DNA of 42,485 nucleotides from a virus (Duplodnaviria; Heunggongvirae; Uroviricota; Caudoviricetes): IMG/VR virus record IMGVR_UViG_2667527777_000006; one strand, 5' to 3'. Shown piece by piece: positions 20,062 to 29,305 of this stretch (position 1 is its first letter; each line of letters starts with the position of its first letter). The notes under the pieces were generated by a model. It saw only the letters and a program-made list of their open reading frames with translations, ran no database searches and was not told where the DNA came from. The position numbers and the translations under genes were made by a program.

Positions 20062-21244
20062 CGGAGGGTTTCGTGGTCATGTTCATCGGTGTGAGATAGA
20101 CATCACCACCGGGACGCGGATTCATATCTTCCAGGTCGCGGCAGTCATTGGGAGAGTAAATTCCCCAGTTGATCCCGGTGGCGTAGGCTTCAAAACGGGA
20201 CTTCATATCCCCGCGCAGTAACGCCCCGGCGTTAAATTTGGCGTAATAAACGCCCTGCTTACTTTTTCGTACCAGTCCGGTGTTGATCCGCTGTTCGATG
20301 CGGGTCAGATACGGCACCAGTGAATAGTTGATAAATCCCAGCCCCAGCTCTTCGATATTGTTGAAGGTGGCGCGATCGGTGTTCTGCACCATGTGCAACG
20401 GCACCCGGAACAGACGACAGATTTCTTCAAGCTGAAACTTGCGGGTTTCCAGGAACTGGCTGTCCTCGGCGTTCAGCGCCATCGACTTCCAGTCCAGCCC
20501 CATCTCAAGGATCATCGGGCGGTGAGCATTGCCAAGCCCGGTGTGACGCTCCTCAAAATCTTTCTTCAGGCGCTCATAAGCCTGATCTGACAGCGTCTGC
20601 TCTGTACGCAACACACCCGACGTCACCGCGCCATTGCTGAACAGTCTGGCCCCGTGCTCTTCGGTCGCTGCCGCCAGCGATATTGCCTCGCGGGCATAGG
20701 CGATGGGATTCAGCCCCACCAGTCCGTCCAGCGTCAGCGTGCGCACATGCCAGATATCCTCCTGGCTCAGTACATCCGTGGAGCCATCCGGGAATGTGAC
20801 CTGATAGACCGGCTCCCAGCTACTGTTAAGCTTCGGTACCACACAGCCGGGATCGACGGGCAGCAGTTCAGCCACTTCGCCAAATGCTTTCACTTTGTAG
20901 GCGTAAAAGTTTCCCCGCAGGCACAGACAGGTGACCACCAGCTCCCAGAACTCCTGCGGCGTCATATAGCCATTGGGATGCGTGGAGATCAGCTTATGCA
21001 GACGTTCGCCAGCGGCTCTCTGCTTCAGACTGCCGTTCAGGTGATACAGGTTGCAGGGCAACATCCCGACCGACTCCGCCAGCACCCTGACACAGGAAAA
21101 AACCGCCGTCAGTCGCATGGCCCGCTGGCTGCTGATCTGCTTTCCGGTATAGGTGTCGTAGGACAACCCGATAGCATCCGCCAGCTCTGCTGGCGTGGTC
21201 ACCGGTGCGTCACTTTTTCGTTGAAATAATCCCGAAAAGAACAC
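20003..21244 (-). CDS. Portal protein (HK97 family)
   Basis: 413 aa, downstream of the large terminase. Confidence 0.85.
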   Translation of the reverse strand: MFFSGLFQRKSDAPVTTPAELADAIGLSYDTYTGKQISSQRAMRLTAVFSCVRVLAESVGMLPCNLYHLNGSLKQRAAGERLHKLISTHPNGYMTPQEFWELVVTCLCLRGNFYAYKVKAFGEVAELLPVDPGCVVPKLNSSWEPVYQVTFPDGSTDVLSQEDIWHVRTLTLDGLVGLNPIAYAREAISLAAATEEHGARLFSNGAVTSGVLRTEQTLSDQAYERLKKDFEERHTGLGNAHRPMILEMGLDWKSMALNAEDSQFLETRKFQLEEICRLFRVPLHMVQNTDRATFNNIEELGLGFINYSLVPYLTRIEQRINTGLVRKSKQGVYYAKFNAGALLRGDMKSRFEAYATGINWGIYSPNDCRDLEDMNPRPGGDVYLTPMNMTTKPSDGSKAGKQKDNANADETTS

Positions 21245-21426
21245 TATTTACCTCCGCCGACAGACGACTGTGTACGGTCGAGATATCGCGCCACCAGCCA
21301 CGACCAGAACAGACACAACGCCCCGGCAACAACAAACCCCGCCGGGGGATAAATCAGCCAGGCACCATACGCCAGCAAAAGCGCCCCCAGCACGCCCACC
21401 AGAGGCGCGAGAATCAGCATGATCAT
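21244..21426 (-). CDS. Small hydrophobic protein (two predicted TM helices)
   Basis: 60 aa, [49 protein letters not shown]; coupled between terminase and portal genes. Confidence 0.4.
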
Positions 21427-21437
21427 AATTACCTCAG

Positions 21438-23171
21438 TTAAAGCGAGCGGATCCCATAGGACTCAATGTGGTCAGACAGCGTGTCTTCTTTCTCGTACAG
21501 CATGGCTCTGCCAACCGCCATAATCAGCGCAACTGCACCATCGATTTTGTTTTCCGCCTGCTCTTTGACGGGCTTCACTAAATCATCGTTACCTGGCATG
21601 TTTTTGCCGACCACATTGCCGATACACCAGGTCATGATGGGATTGCCGTCATGATGAAAGCGTCCCGATTCAATCGCTGCCTCCAGCTCTTTCATCGGGT
21701 CGGACATATTGGCGAAGTTCTGGACGATAGTAACGGGATTCAGGTCTTCATCAGCAAGGTCATGTGACAGCCCGGTCGCTCCGAAAGGGTCGATGGGTGA
21801 CTCACTGACCGGGCTGATTTTGTTCGCCGCTTTGGCCTCTTCGAGGATGTAGCGATAATCCACCTCTGCACCATCGGTAACGGTCAGAACGCCCATTTCC
21901 ACCCATTTCTGAAAGCGTTCGGCTGTCCGGCGATCTTCATTTTTCTCGACGCTATACACCGTGTCATACGGTACCCAGAAACGCGGGGCCACACTGTAGT
22001 AATGCGTTTTACCGTCAATCTCGCGGGTATAAAGTCGCGCCATGCTGTTCATATCCAGCTTACGCGCCAGGTCAAAGGCCAGAATGCACGGCTGCCCCTC
22101 GAACTGCTCAAGAGTCAGTGATTTATCCTCGCAGCTCTGCCAGCTCACCAGGTTGAAATACGCCGAACGCGCCGACACCCAGATATTGAGGTGTTTTGTT
22201 TTAAAGACGTTTGCCAGACGGGCGTTATTTTTCGCACGCTGCTGCTGACTTAACAAAAATTCGCGATAAACCGACACGCCAATATTTGGATTGGCTTTTT
22301 CCAGCACCTGCGGGTCGGTCCAGTCGTCACCTTCATCAACGGTATAGATGATCCCGAACAGTTCATCGTTAGGCACCGAGCCGTTGAGCATCTCGATGAC
22401 TTCCCGCCGTTTGTCGTAGCACGGCCCCTCAATGTTGTACCCGGCGGTGGTGATGGCCCACATCAGTGGCTGACGTCGCGCCCCCATCCCGGTAAGCATT
22501 GTGGTATAAAGCGCATCGGTGGCATGCTCGTGATATTCATCAACCACGGCACAGTGGGGTGATGAACCATCACCTGGGTTGCCGATCAGCGGTTCAAACC
22601 GCGCGCCATCCTCCGGACGGTTCATGTTTGAGGCGTTAACCTCAATCCCGAACGCTTCCGTCAGCATGGGTGTGCGTTTACACATCAGTCGCGCCGGGCG
22701 AAAGACTTCCCACGCCTGTTTCTCTGTCGTGGCACCGGAATACACTTCCGCGCCAAACTCGTTATCACAGGCAAAACAATACAGGGCAACACCGGCAGAG
22801 ATTGCTGATTTGCCGTTCTTACGGGGGATTTCGGTGTACACCTCCCGGAAGCGGCGCAACCGGGTGCCTTTATTGACCCAGCCAAACGCACAGCAGATCA
22901 CAAATAGCTGCCACGGCTCCAGCGTGATGGGCATCCGTTTGAATGCCCACTCCCCCTTGGTGTGCGGCAACAGCTGAATAAATTTCGCGGCCCGTTCAGC
23001 CAGGTCCTTGTCGAAGCGGTAACGAAACGACTTACTTTTTTCCGCCATCAGGTCATCAAGATGGCGCTGGCAGGCCTGAATCACAAACTGGCAGGCAACA
23101 ATCTTTCCGCGCACGACATCCCGGGCATACTGATTTGCAGCATTTACGTTGGGGTAAGATTTCCGGCTCAT
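21438..23171 (-). CDS. Terminase large subunit
   Basis: 577 aa with ATPase and nuclease regions. Confidence 0.9.
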
Positions 23172-23671
23172 GATTCGATAATTTTCAGAAACGGGTTAGT
23201 GGCTTTCTTCTGCCCCGCCAGGCCAATCAGACGCTGGCGGCTGCTGGGGTCGAGTCCGAGCATTGCCCCCGTACTGCTCATCTCGGACTCCTGTTCTTTT
23301 TTGGCGGTCAGCTCCGGATTTTTGACCATGCCGCCCATTGCACCGGTGATGGTGTTGCCCTGTCTGGCAATATTTTTCACGGCACGTCGCCAGAACTCAT
23401 AGGCCACGCACCACCGCTCAAGCACTGCGAGGTCAGTCACGCACAGCAGGCCCTGACCGCAGAGTTCTTTGGTTGTCAGTTGCCACATGATCGTGGCGAG
23501 AGGGAGCTCTTCTTCAGCGAACCACTCCGGTGGCTCAACACCTTTGATGGGCGTAAAAACGGGTTCATCTTTGTTCAGGGCTCGCTTGCCGGGGTTTCCG
23601 GCCAGCGCCTTGCGCGCCGTTGGCTTGGGGCGACGCCCGGAACGCCCCGCCGTTCCAGCCATATGCGGCAC
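23168..23671 (-). CDS. Terminase small subunit (P27 family-like)
   Basis: 167 aa, overlaps the large terminase start. Confidence 0.8.
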   Translation of the reverse strand: MPHMAGTAGRSGRRPKPTARKALAGNPGKRALNKDEPVFTPIKGVEPPEWFAEEELPLATIMWQLTTKELCGQGLLCVTDLAVLERWCVAYEFWRRAVKNIARQGNTITGAMGGMVKNPELTAKKEQESEMSSTGAMLGLDPSSRQRLIGLAGQKKATNPFLKIIES

Positions 23672-23787
23672 TCCTGGTTAAATTTCATTTTTCGCGGGTA
23701 TAAAAAAACGATGGGGCGGGCAGTCCGGAAGACGTCAGGTCACAGGGATTTGACCCGCCCCTCCCCTCTGGCAGTGGGAACTGGTTC

Positions 23788-24138
23788 TTACTTCAGCCAT
23801 TCACGGGCCGTCTTCGCCTTATGACACGGCCAACACAGGCTCTGTAGATTACTGTCGGCATCAGTGCCGCCACGCGCTTTAGGGATGATGTGGTCAACGG
23901 TTTTCGCCTCACGCACCACACCAGCACGCAGACATAACTGACACAGGCCTTTGTCACGCTTCAGGACACGCGCGCGGATACAGTCCCACTTCGAACCGTA
24001 GCCGCGCTGATGACGGGACTGGCCTGGCTTGTATTGCTTCCAGCCTTCGCTTTTGTGGCTTTCGCAATAGCCTGACGAGTCAGTGGTGGTATGGGAGCAG
24101 CCGCGAACACGGCAGGCTTTTGGGGTTCGTGGGGGCAT
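23788..24138 (-). CDS. HNH endonuclease (terminase-associated)
   Basis: 116 aa, Cys-rich zinc-finger-like pairs and an HNH motif (DHIIP...N). Confidence 0.85.
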   Translation of the reverse strand: MPPRTPKACRVRGCSHTTTDSSGYCESHKSEGWKQYKPGQSRHQRGYGSKWDCIRARVLKRDKGLCQLCLRAGVVREAKTVDHIIPKARGGTDADSNLQSLCWPCHKAKTAREWLK

Positions 24139-24233
24139 ATGTACTCCAATGAAGAAACCAGCGAAATAGCTGCCTTCATTCGTAGTAAACCTTTTTCATC
24201 AACGCAGTAATGGATTCTTTGAAGAGTCGCAAT

Positions 24234-24312
24234 CAATACGACTCACTAATGGGGAGGCATGTCCAACGCGTTGGACGAGTTGCCTACTTGATTTAGGTGA
24301 CACTTTAGAAGG
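24234..24312 (+). promoter_or_regulatory. Tandem near-consensus phage single-subunit RNAP promoter sequences: T7-like (24234-24257) and SP6-like (24291-24312), same orientation, separated by a 14-bp palindrome
   Basis: caATACGACTCACTAatGGGGAGG versus T7 consensus TAATACGACTCACTATAGGGAGA; ATTTAGGTGACACTtTAGAAGG versus SP6 consensus ATTTAGGTGACACTATAGAAG; palindrome TCCAACGCGTTGGA at 24262-24275. Confidence 0.6.
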
Positions 24313-24359
24313 ACAGAATGCCTTCCTCACTCAAATAACATCAATTAAGGAGGTTCAAC

Positions 24360-24482
24360 ATGCTTCGTTCCAAAAGTCAGTTGACTGTAATTATTACTAC
24401 GTCACCTTATGCCGAAGACCTTTTCCGCTTCACTTTGAGCCTGATTCACTTCTACCTGACCGGCTCGCCTCTATCCTTCTGA
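24360..24482 (+). CDS. Small ORF (40 aa) with strong Shine-Dalgarno, downstream of the T7/SP6-like sequences
   Basis: AAGGAGG at 24347-24353, ATG at 24360; translation MLRSKSQLTVIITTSPYAEDLFRFTLSLIHFYLTGSPLSF; overlaps the Rz1 3' end on the other strand. Confidence 0.35.
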   Translation: MLRSKSQLTVIITTSPYAEDLFRFTLSLIHFYLTGSPLSF

Positions 24483-24705
24483 TCCCCGCTTTATCCAGAT
24501 TGCACTGCCCTAGCGCCGACAACAGACTGACATTCAAATCTAGGCTACCCGCATAAGTCAGCGGTTCAGAAATGGCTGGTTGCGGGGTTTCAGCGGTCAG
24601 ACTCGCCGGTAACGGTATAGCCGGAACTGGCACGTAAACTGTCCGCGAACTTTCGCAACCGGTCAGCAGCGGCAGCAGGCACAGGGCGTACAGCACAATC
24701 ATCAT
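24430..24705 (-). CDS. Rz1-like o-spanin (outer-membrane lipoprotein), overlapping Rz
   Basis: In a +1 frame of Rz; signal peptide with lipobox LLTGC; Pro-rich mature region. Confidence 0.6.
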   Translation of the reverse strand: MMIVLYALCLLPLLTGCESSRTVYVPVPAIPLPASLTAETPQPAISEPLTYAGSLDLNVSLLSALGQCNLDKAGIRRIEASRSGRSESGSK

Positions 24706-24982
24706 CCGCAACAGCCACTTTGATATCAGCCTGGGTTCTCTGTGACTCCAGTGCGATCTGTTGTTTTGCATGCTGGTTAGCCTCCAGAACTGTATTGACG
24801 ATTTGTAGTGATTGCAGGACGTTATTGGTAATGGCTGTTGCTGATTCAGCATTTCGTACAGCCTCATCAGCACGTTTCTTTTCGTGCTGATATTTGCTGT
24901 AGTAGTGGTTAGCAGACCAGATGAAAGAACCGATGACAGTAAAGAAGAATGCAGAGATAGCCAGCTTATAGCTCAACTTCAT
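24590..24982 (-). CDS. Rz-like i-spanin
   Basis: 130 aa, N-terminal TM helix then coiled coil; follows the endolysin. Confidence 0.7.
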   Translation of the reverse strand: MKLSYKLAISAFFFTVIGSFIWSANHYYSKYQHEKKRADEAVRNAESATAITNNVLQSLQIVNTVLEANQHAKQQIALESQRTQADIKVAVADDDCAVRPVPAAAADRLRKFADSLRASSGYTVTGESDR

Positions 24983-25442
24983 TTACCACCCCACCAGCCT
25001 CTTTAAACCGGGAAATCAGGTCACCGATTTTATGTTCATACTGACCGTAACCTGCACCAGGTAACGACGCCCAGATATTGCTGCAACGATCGATAGCCTG
25101 ACGAATATCGCCGCGATCAATCATCGGTAAAGCGCCACGCTCTTTAATCTGCTGCAATGCCACAGCGTCCTGGCTTTTCGGAGAGAAGTCTTTCAGGCCA
25201 AGCTGCTTGCGATAGGCATCCCACCAACGGGAAAGAAGCTGGTAACGTCCGGCGGCTGTTGATTTGAGTTTTGGGTTTAGCGTGACAAGTTTGCGAGGGT
25301 GATCAGAGTAATCAGTAAACAGTTCGCCGCCAACAATAACATCATAACCGTGGTTACGTGTCGGTTGTCGCCCGTTATCCGTTCCTTCTGACCATGCCAC
25401 CATATCGAGGAAAGCTATACGCTGGGAATTTAGTACCTGCAT
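24966..25442 (-). CDS. Endolysin, lambda R-type lytic transglycosylase
   Basis: 158 aa, near-identical over long stretches to lambda R as recalled (AFLDMVAWSEGTDNGRQ...YDVIVGGELFTDYSDHP...). Confidence 0.9.
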   Translation of the reverse strand: MQVLNSQRIAFLDMVAWSEGTDNGRQPTRNHGYDVIVGGELFTDYSDHPRKLVTLNPKLKSTAAGRYQLLSRWWDAYRKQLGLKDFSPKSQDAVALQQIKERGALPMIDRGDIRQAIDRCSNIWASLPGAGYGQYEHKIGDLISRFKEAGGVVNEVEL

Positions 25443-25445
25443 AAA

Positions 25446-25772
25446 TTACTCCTTAGAGCCACCAAACTTATTACCGATTACTCGCATTGCAGCCCCACGA
25501 ATAGCATCAACACCGATCAGCCCCACACCACCACCAATGGCAACAGATAGTGATTTAGGCCATCCGACATACTCAAGAGCGGATGCAAAAGTCAGCGTCA
25601 GAGCGCCACAGAGTAGAATTTCGAGTGTTTTTCGCTTCCAGCCGCCACCACCGCCAAAATAGGCAATACGTAAACCAGCCATAACAATCGACATAATCAC
25701 TGCGCCCAGCGGTGTGTCTCCACGCCACCAGCTCTGGAACAACTCCAGCCAAGTATTTGGGTTATGAGGCAT
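25446..25772 (-). CDS. Holin (lambda S-like, class I)
   Basis: 108 aa, three hydrophobic segments, charged C-terminus; directly upstream of the endolysin. Confidence 0.8.
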   Translation of the reverse strand: MPHNPNTWLELFQSWWRGDTPLGAVIMSIVMAGLRIAYFGGGGGWKRKTLEILLCGALTLTFASALEYVGWPKSLSVAIGGGVGLIGVDAIRGAAMRVIGNKFGGSKE

Positions 25773-25921
25773 TTGTAGTTATCTCTCACCTCGCCAATAC
25801 AGGAGGTGCCAATTGAGGGAATACCACGTACCGCACATCAGAAGCGGAAACGTCAAAGAAGCCGAGTCAATGGATAAATGTGGGATAGACCAGGACCAAC
25901 GAATCCCCAGCCCAAGAAACG

Positions 25922-25947
25922 ACAAAACCCGCTCGACGGCGGGTTTA
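25922..25947. terminator. Hairpin terminator upstream of holin (candidate tR'-like)
   Basis: aaaacccgc-tcgacg-gcgggttt stem-loop flanked by A/T runs. Confidence 0.5.
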
Positions 25948-26133
25948 AGCTGTGTGGCGAAGTAACCACTCTTAACACAGTAATCTAGAAAATGCGGACC
26001 GCGTTAGTGATTTTTTCAACTTTTTGATTTATCTTATTGAACACAAGAAACCACTGCCTATAAATCATATCAACCCAAACCATAAAAACCAAAAAATCAA
26101 ATGATTACATTAACTAGATAAGGAACAAAGTTA

Positions 26134-26901
26134 ATGAAAGAAAGCCGCAGCAAGGTCATTCAATATAAACGTGCAGTCATCCCTAATTGCACAGCAACGC
26201 TTCAACAGATCATAGAATCTATAATTTCTGAAAATGGCGCAGCCTATAAAGTTAGCGCAAGAAGAGAACAGATTAACCCCTCCGATAGCAATAGTGGATT
26301 TAGAGTGGTTAACCGCAGCAGCACTTTCAAGACAGTGTTATTCGGGCAACTTATTTTGTTTGAACAAGGTAAAAGCCAAACACTTATGACAATCGCTGAT
26401 GATGTCAATTATTATGACATCAATGCTATAACATCGAAGCAAATTAAATTAGCCGAAGACGAAAAAATAAGTGAAGCTGAAAAACAAAAAATAACACGAG
26501 AATTTATTGATTCAATACTTTACTTTGGGATTCGTGATAATCATGTGATGATCGTCCAATCACCGGCTCTAAGGACTAAAGACATAGAAAGCCATCTTAA
26601 TTGGTTAATCCATTCATTTAGCACTATTTTTAATGGTGACGACTTCCTTGTACTTCAAGATAAACCAACTGAAGACACCATAAAAAAAATGCATGAAAGT
26701 CCAGTCAAGAAAATAAATTTCGGCAGTATCCCAATCAAAAATTCTGATTCTGAAGATGTAGTTAAAATAAATAATATAAGTAACACAAACGACCTCCCCA
26801 CAACAATAAAAGAACAGGTCGAAAAAGTTAAGAAAATAAAATTCATGCCAACTGGTAAAGGTGGCGATATTATAAAAGCGGTAATGACTCCAACTTATTG
26901 A
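26134..26901 (+). CDS. Hypothetical AT-rich cargo protein; 3' end replaced by an IS1 insertion
   Basis: 255-aa ORF with SD AAGGAA; about 30% GC against a GC-rich phage background; the last 6 codons (VMTPTY) are encoded by the IS1 terminal repeat. Confidence 0.6.
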   Translation: MKESRSKVIQYKRAVIPNCTATLQQIIESIISENGAAYKVSARREQINPSDSNSGFRVVNRSSTFKTVLFGQLILFEQGKSQTLMTIADDVNYYDINAITSKQIKLAEDEKISEAEKQKITREFIDSILYFGIRDNHVMIVQSPALRTKDIESHLNWLIHSFSTIFNGDDFLVLQDKPTEDTIKKMHESPVKKINFGSIPIKNSDSEDVVKINNISNTNDLPTTIKEQVEKVKKIKFMPTGKGGDIIKAVMTPTY

Positions 26902-27315
26902 TAGTGTTTTATGTTCAGATAATGCCCGATGACTTTGTCATGCAGCTCCACCGATTTTGAGAACGACAGCGACTTCCGTCCCAGCCGTGCCAGGTGCTGC
27001 CTCAGATTCAGGTTATGCCGCTCAATTCGCTGCGTATATCGCTTGCTGATTACGTGCAGCTTTCCCTTCAGGCGGGATTCATACAGCGGCCAGCCATCCG
27101 TCATCCATATCACCACGTCAAAGGGTGACAGCAGGCTCATAAGACGCCCCAGCGTCGCCATAGTGCGTTCACCGAATACGTGCGCAACAACCGTCTTCCG
27201 GAGACTGTCATACGCGTAAAACAGCCAGCGCTGGCGCGATTTAGCCCCGACATAGCCCCACTGTTCGTCCATTTCCGCGCAGACGATGACGTCACTGCCC
27301 GGCTGTATGCGCGAG
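26878..27315 (-). mobile_element. IS1 (right end plus insB region visible; the rest lies in the N-run to an estimated ~27645)
   Basis: Terminal repeat GGTAATGACTCCAACTTATTGATAGTGTTTTATGTTCAGATAATGCC at 26878; minus-strand ORF 26895-27272 is InsB-like. Confidence 0.9.
26895..27272 (-). CDS. insB: IS1 transposase InsB (partial, runs into the N-run)
   Basis: Translation ...[91 protein letters not shown]. Confidence 0.85.
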   Translation of the reverse strand: MDEQWGYVGAKSRQRWLFYAYDSLRKTVVAHVFGERTMATLGRLMSLLSPFDVVIWMTDGWPLYESRLKGKLHVISKRYTQRIERHNLNLRQHLARLGRKSLSFSKSVELHDKVIGHYLNIKHYQ

Positions 27316-27691
27316 NNNNNNNNNNNNNNNNNNNNNNNNNNNNNNNNNNNNNNNNNNNNNNNNNNNNNNNNNNNNNNNNNNNNNNNNNNNNNNNNNNNNN
27401 NNNNNNNNNNNNNNNNNNNNNNNNNNNNNNNNNNNNNNNNNNNNNNNNNNNNNNNNNNNNNNNNNNNNNNNNNNNNNNNNNNNNNNNNNNNNNNNNNNNN
27501 NNNNNNNNNNNNNNNNNNNNNNNNNNNNNNNNNNNNNNNNNNNNNNNNNNNNNNNNNNNNNNNNNNNNNNNNNNNNNNNNNNNNNNNNNNNNNNNNNNNN
27601 NNNNNNNNNNNNNNNNNNNNNNNNNNNNNNNNNNNNNNNNNNNNNNNNNNNNNNNNNNNNNNNNNNNNNNNNNNNNNNNNNNNNNNNNNNN

Positions 27692-27908
27692 AGCAATTGG
27701 TATGTTCGCTATTTCCAGAGAGTCGATAGTTTATCTATATTTTATATCTGCTTGTGGAGGAGGCATTGCTGCTGCAATGTATTCTTTTTTCTTTATCAGC
27801 TCAATAAACAGCGAAATACAGAGATTTAAAAGCATCTTATTACACAGAGCTGAAGCGAATAAAAAAACGAAAGAATTTATAGACTCATTAAACAAAAAGG
27901 CGGATTGA
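27692..27908 (+). CDS. C-terminal fragment of an unknown membrane-anchored protein (5' end hidden by gap/IS1); may be the original 3' part of the 26134 gene or a separate small gene
   Basis: Hydrophobic helix IVYLYFISACGGGIAAAMYSFFFISSI followed by a basic amphipathic tail; ends at a hairpin terminator. Confidence 0.35.
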
Positions 27909-27925
27909 AATCCGCCTTTTTGTTT
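27894..27925. terminator. Bidirectional rho-independent terminator between the cargo fragment and Q
   Basis: aaaaaggcgga-ttgaaa-tccgccttttt. Confidence 0.7.
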
Positions 27926-27928
27926 TCT

Positions 27929-28306
27929 TCAATCCATTTCTAATCTAATATCCAACATTGAAAGACAACCTTCGATAAATCCTTCAGCCATTTTAATCTC
28001 AATGCGTATAAGTTTCTCGTCCTTTTTCTTTTCTTTAGCAATTTTTCTCTTAGAAAGACCATACAAATAATGTGCTACTAGTAACGAATGCTCATAAGGT
28101 TTTTTCTTCTTCAGCCGAGCAAGGCACCCCTCAATGATTAATCCGTCGGCATCAGTACATGAGAGTCTGTTTTTACCTGTTTGTGGTAAAAGCCCTTTAA
28201 ATCCTGCTGCGATTGGAGAATAGTCAACGCCTGAATTATCACTAGCAGCCCATCCCCCCCAACGCTCAAGAACCATCTGAATATCACGCATCAAATTTCT
28301 CCACAA
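27929..28306 (-). CDS. Late antiterminator Q-like protein
   Basis: 125 aa; located between nin-region genes and the lysis cassette; Cys-containing motif (LSCTDADGLIIEGC) and ...HSLLVAHYLYGLSKRKIA. Confidence 0.65.
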   Translation of the reverse strand: MWRNLMRDIQMVLERWGGWAASDNSGVDYSPIAAGFKGLLPQTGKNRLSCTDADGLIIEGCLARLKKKKPYEHSLLVAHYLYGLSKRKIAKEKKKDEKLIRIEIKMAEGFIEGCLSMLDIRLEMD

Positions 28307-28308
28307 AA

Positions 28309-29304
28309 TCAGGCCAGCACGCCAGTTGCCAGCGCACGATCGATAAAACGAAATATCAGCTCCAGCTGAGAGCCATACTTCTCTTCAAATGCCACGGTAT
28401 CCGCATGCAGCTCGTCGTGATGCTTTCTGCACAAAGGCAACACAAAGAGGTCATGCGCTTTTGTACCCATTCCCCCCTGACCGTGGCCTATCAGGTGGTG
28501 GGGATCATCAGCAGGTTTTCCACAACATGCGCACGGCTGCGTCTTAACCCAACGCGTGTACTTTTCGTTAACCCAGCGGCGACGTTTTGGGCGTAACATA
28601 AAAGAGTCCGGCGACTCCGGATCCACTTTCAGCGCCAGCACCTTTTTTGCCTTATCCTGGATGATGCTGGTGGCAGGAACCGAAGGCACAAGGTCACTTT
28701 CCCGGGTGACAGACGGCACAACAGGCTTTGGTAATCTCAGTGCCTTACGGGCTGCACTTTCCGGTAAGGCATCCGCCAGGTCATTACGAACCAGCCACCA
28801 GCACAGTTCCGGCATTGTCACAACGTGACTATCATCAAAACCGAGATCCCGACGCACAACAGACAACACCCAGCGGGCACAGTTATCCGTTGCCATTGAT
28901 TCCAGCCGTTCCGTGAACTGATCGCGCAGCTGGTTATCGCAGTGCCAGCACAGACGGATTGCGCCCGGAGCGTGTCGCATTGTGGTCATGTTCTCGCTGT
29001 GCCAGTCGGAATGAGGCCACTGGCAGCCTTTTTCACGAAGTAACCAGCTTTCAAGACATTCCACGCCACCAGCACGACGGATCACTGCCTCATTGCGGAA
29101 CACGGCCCGAACGGCAGGATCATCCGCCAGCGGTTGTGATGCCGCCGGAACGGCACCGCTGGCGAAAGATGAATAACGTTCCGGCTCAGGCTCCAGCAGG
29201 ACACGCCCCTGCATAAACAGGGGCATCAGCTCTGAACCAGGTCTGAACAATACGATCCCCATACGCGGGGCAATTTCAGGGGTCAGTAGTGCTCTCACAG
29301 TCAC
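28309..29304 (-). CDS. DUF968-family protein (YdfU-like), C-terminal HNH/zinc-finger-like putative nuclease domain
   Basis: C-terminus CACCGKPADDPHHLIGHGQGGMGTKAHDLFVLPLCRKHHDELH. Confidence 0.65.
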   Translation of the reverse strand: MTVRALLTPEIAPRMGIVLFRPGSELMPLFMQGRVLLEPEPERYSSFASGAVPAASQPLADDPAVRAVFRNEAVIRRAGGVECLESWLLREKGCQWPHSDWHSENMTTMRHAPGAIRLCWHCDNQLRDQFTERLESMATDNCARWVLSVVRRDLGFDDSHVVTMPELCWWLVRNDLADALPESAARKALRLPKPVVPSVTRESDLVPSVPATSIIQDKAKKVLALKVDPESPDSFMLRPKRRRWVNEKYTRWVKTQPCACCGKPADDPHHLIGHGQGGMGTKAHDLFVLPLCRKHHDELHADTVAFEEKYGSQLELIFRFIDRALATGVLA

Positions 29305-29305
29305 C

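Noticed and set aside
24140-24300. Genuine cloning-vector polylinker (pGEM/pSP-type)
   Set aside because: The T7- and SP6-like sequences are in the same orientation, carry substitutions in the -4 to -1 region, and the intervening sequence is not a recognisable multiple cloning site as far as I can recall. Vector contamination therefore remains possible but unproven; it is reported as a finding instead.
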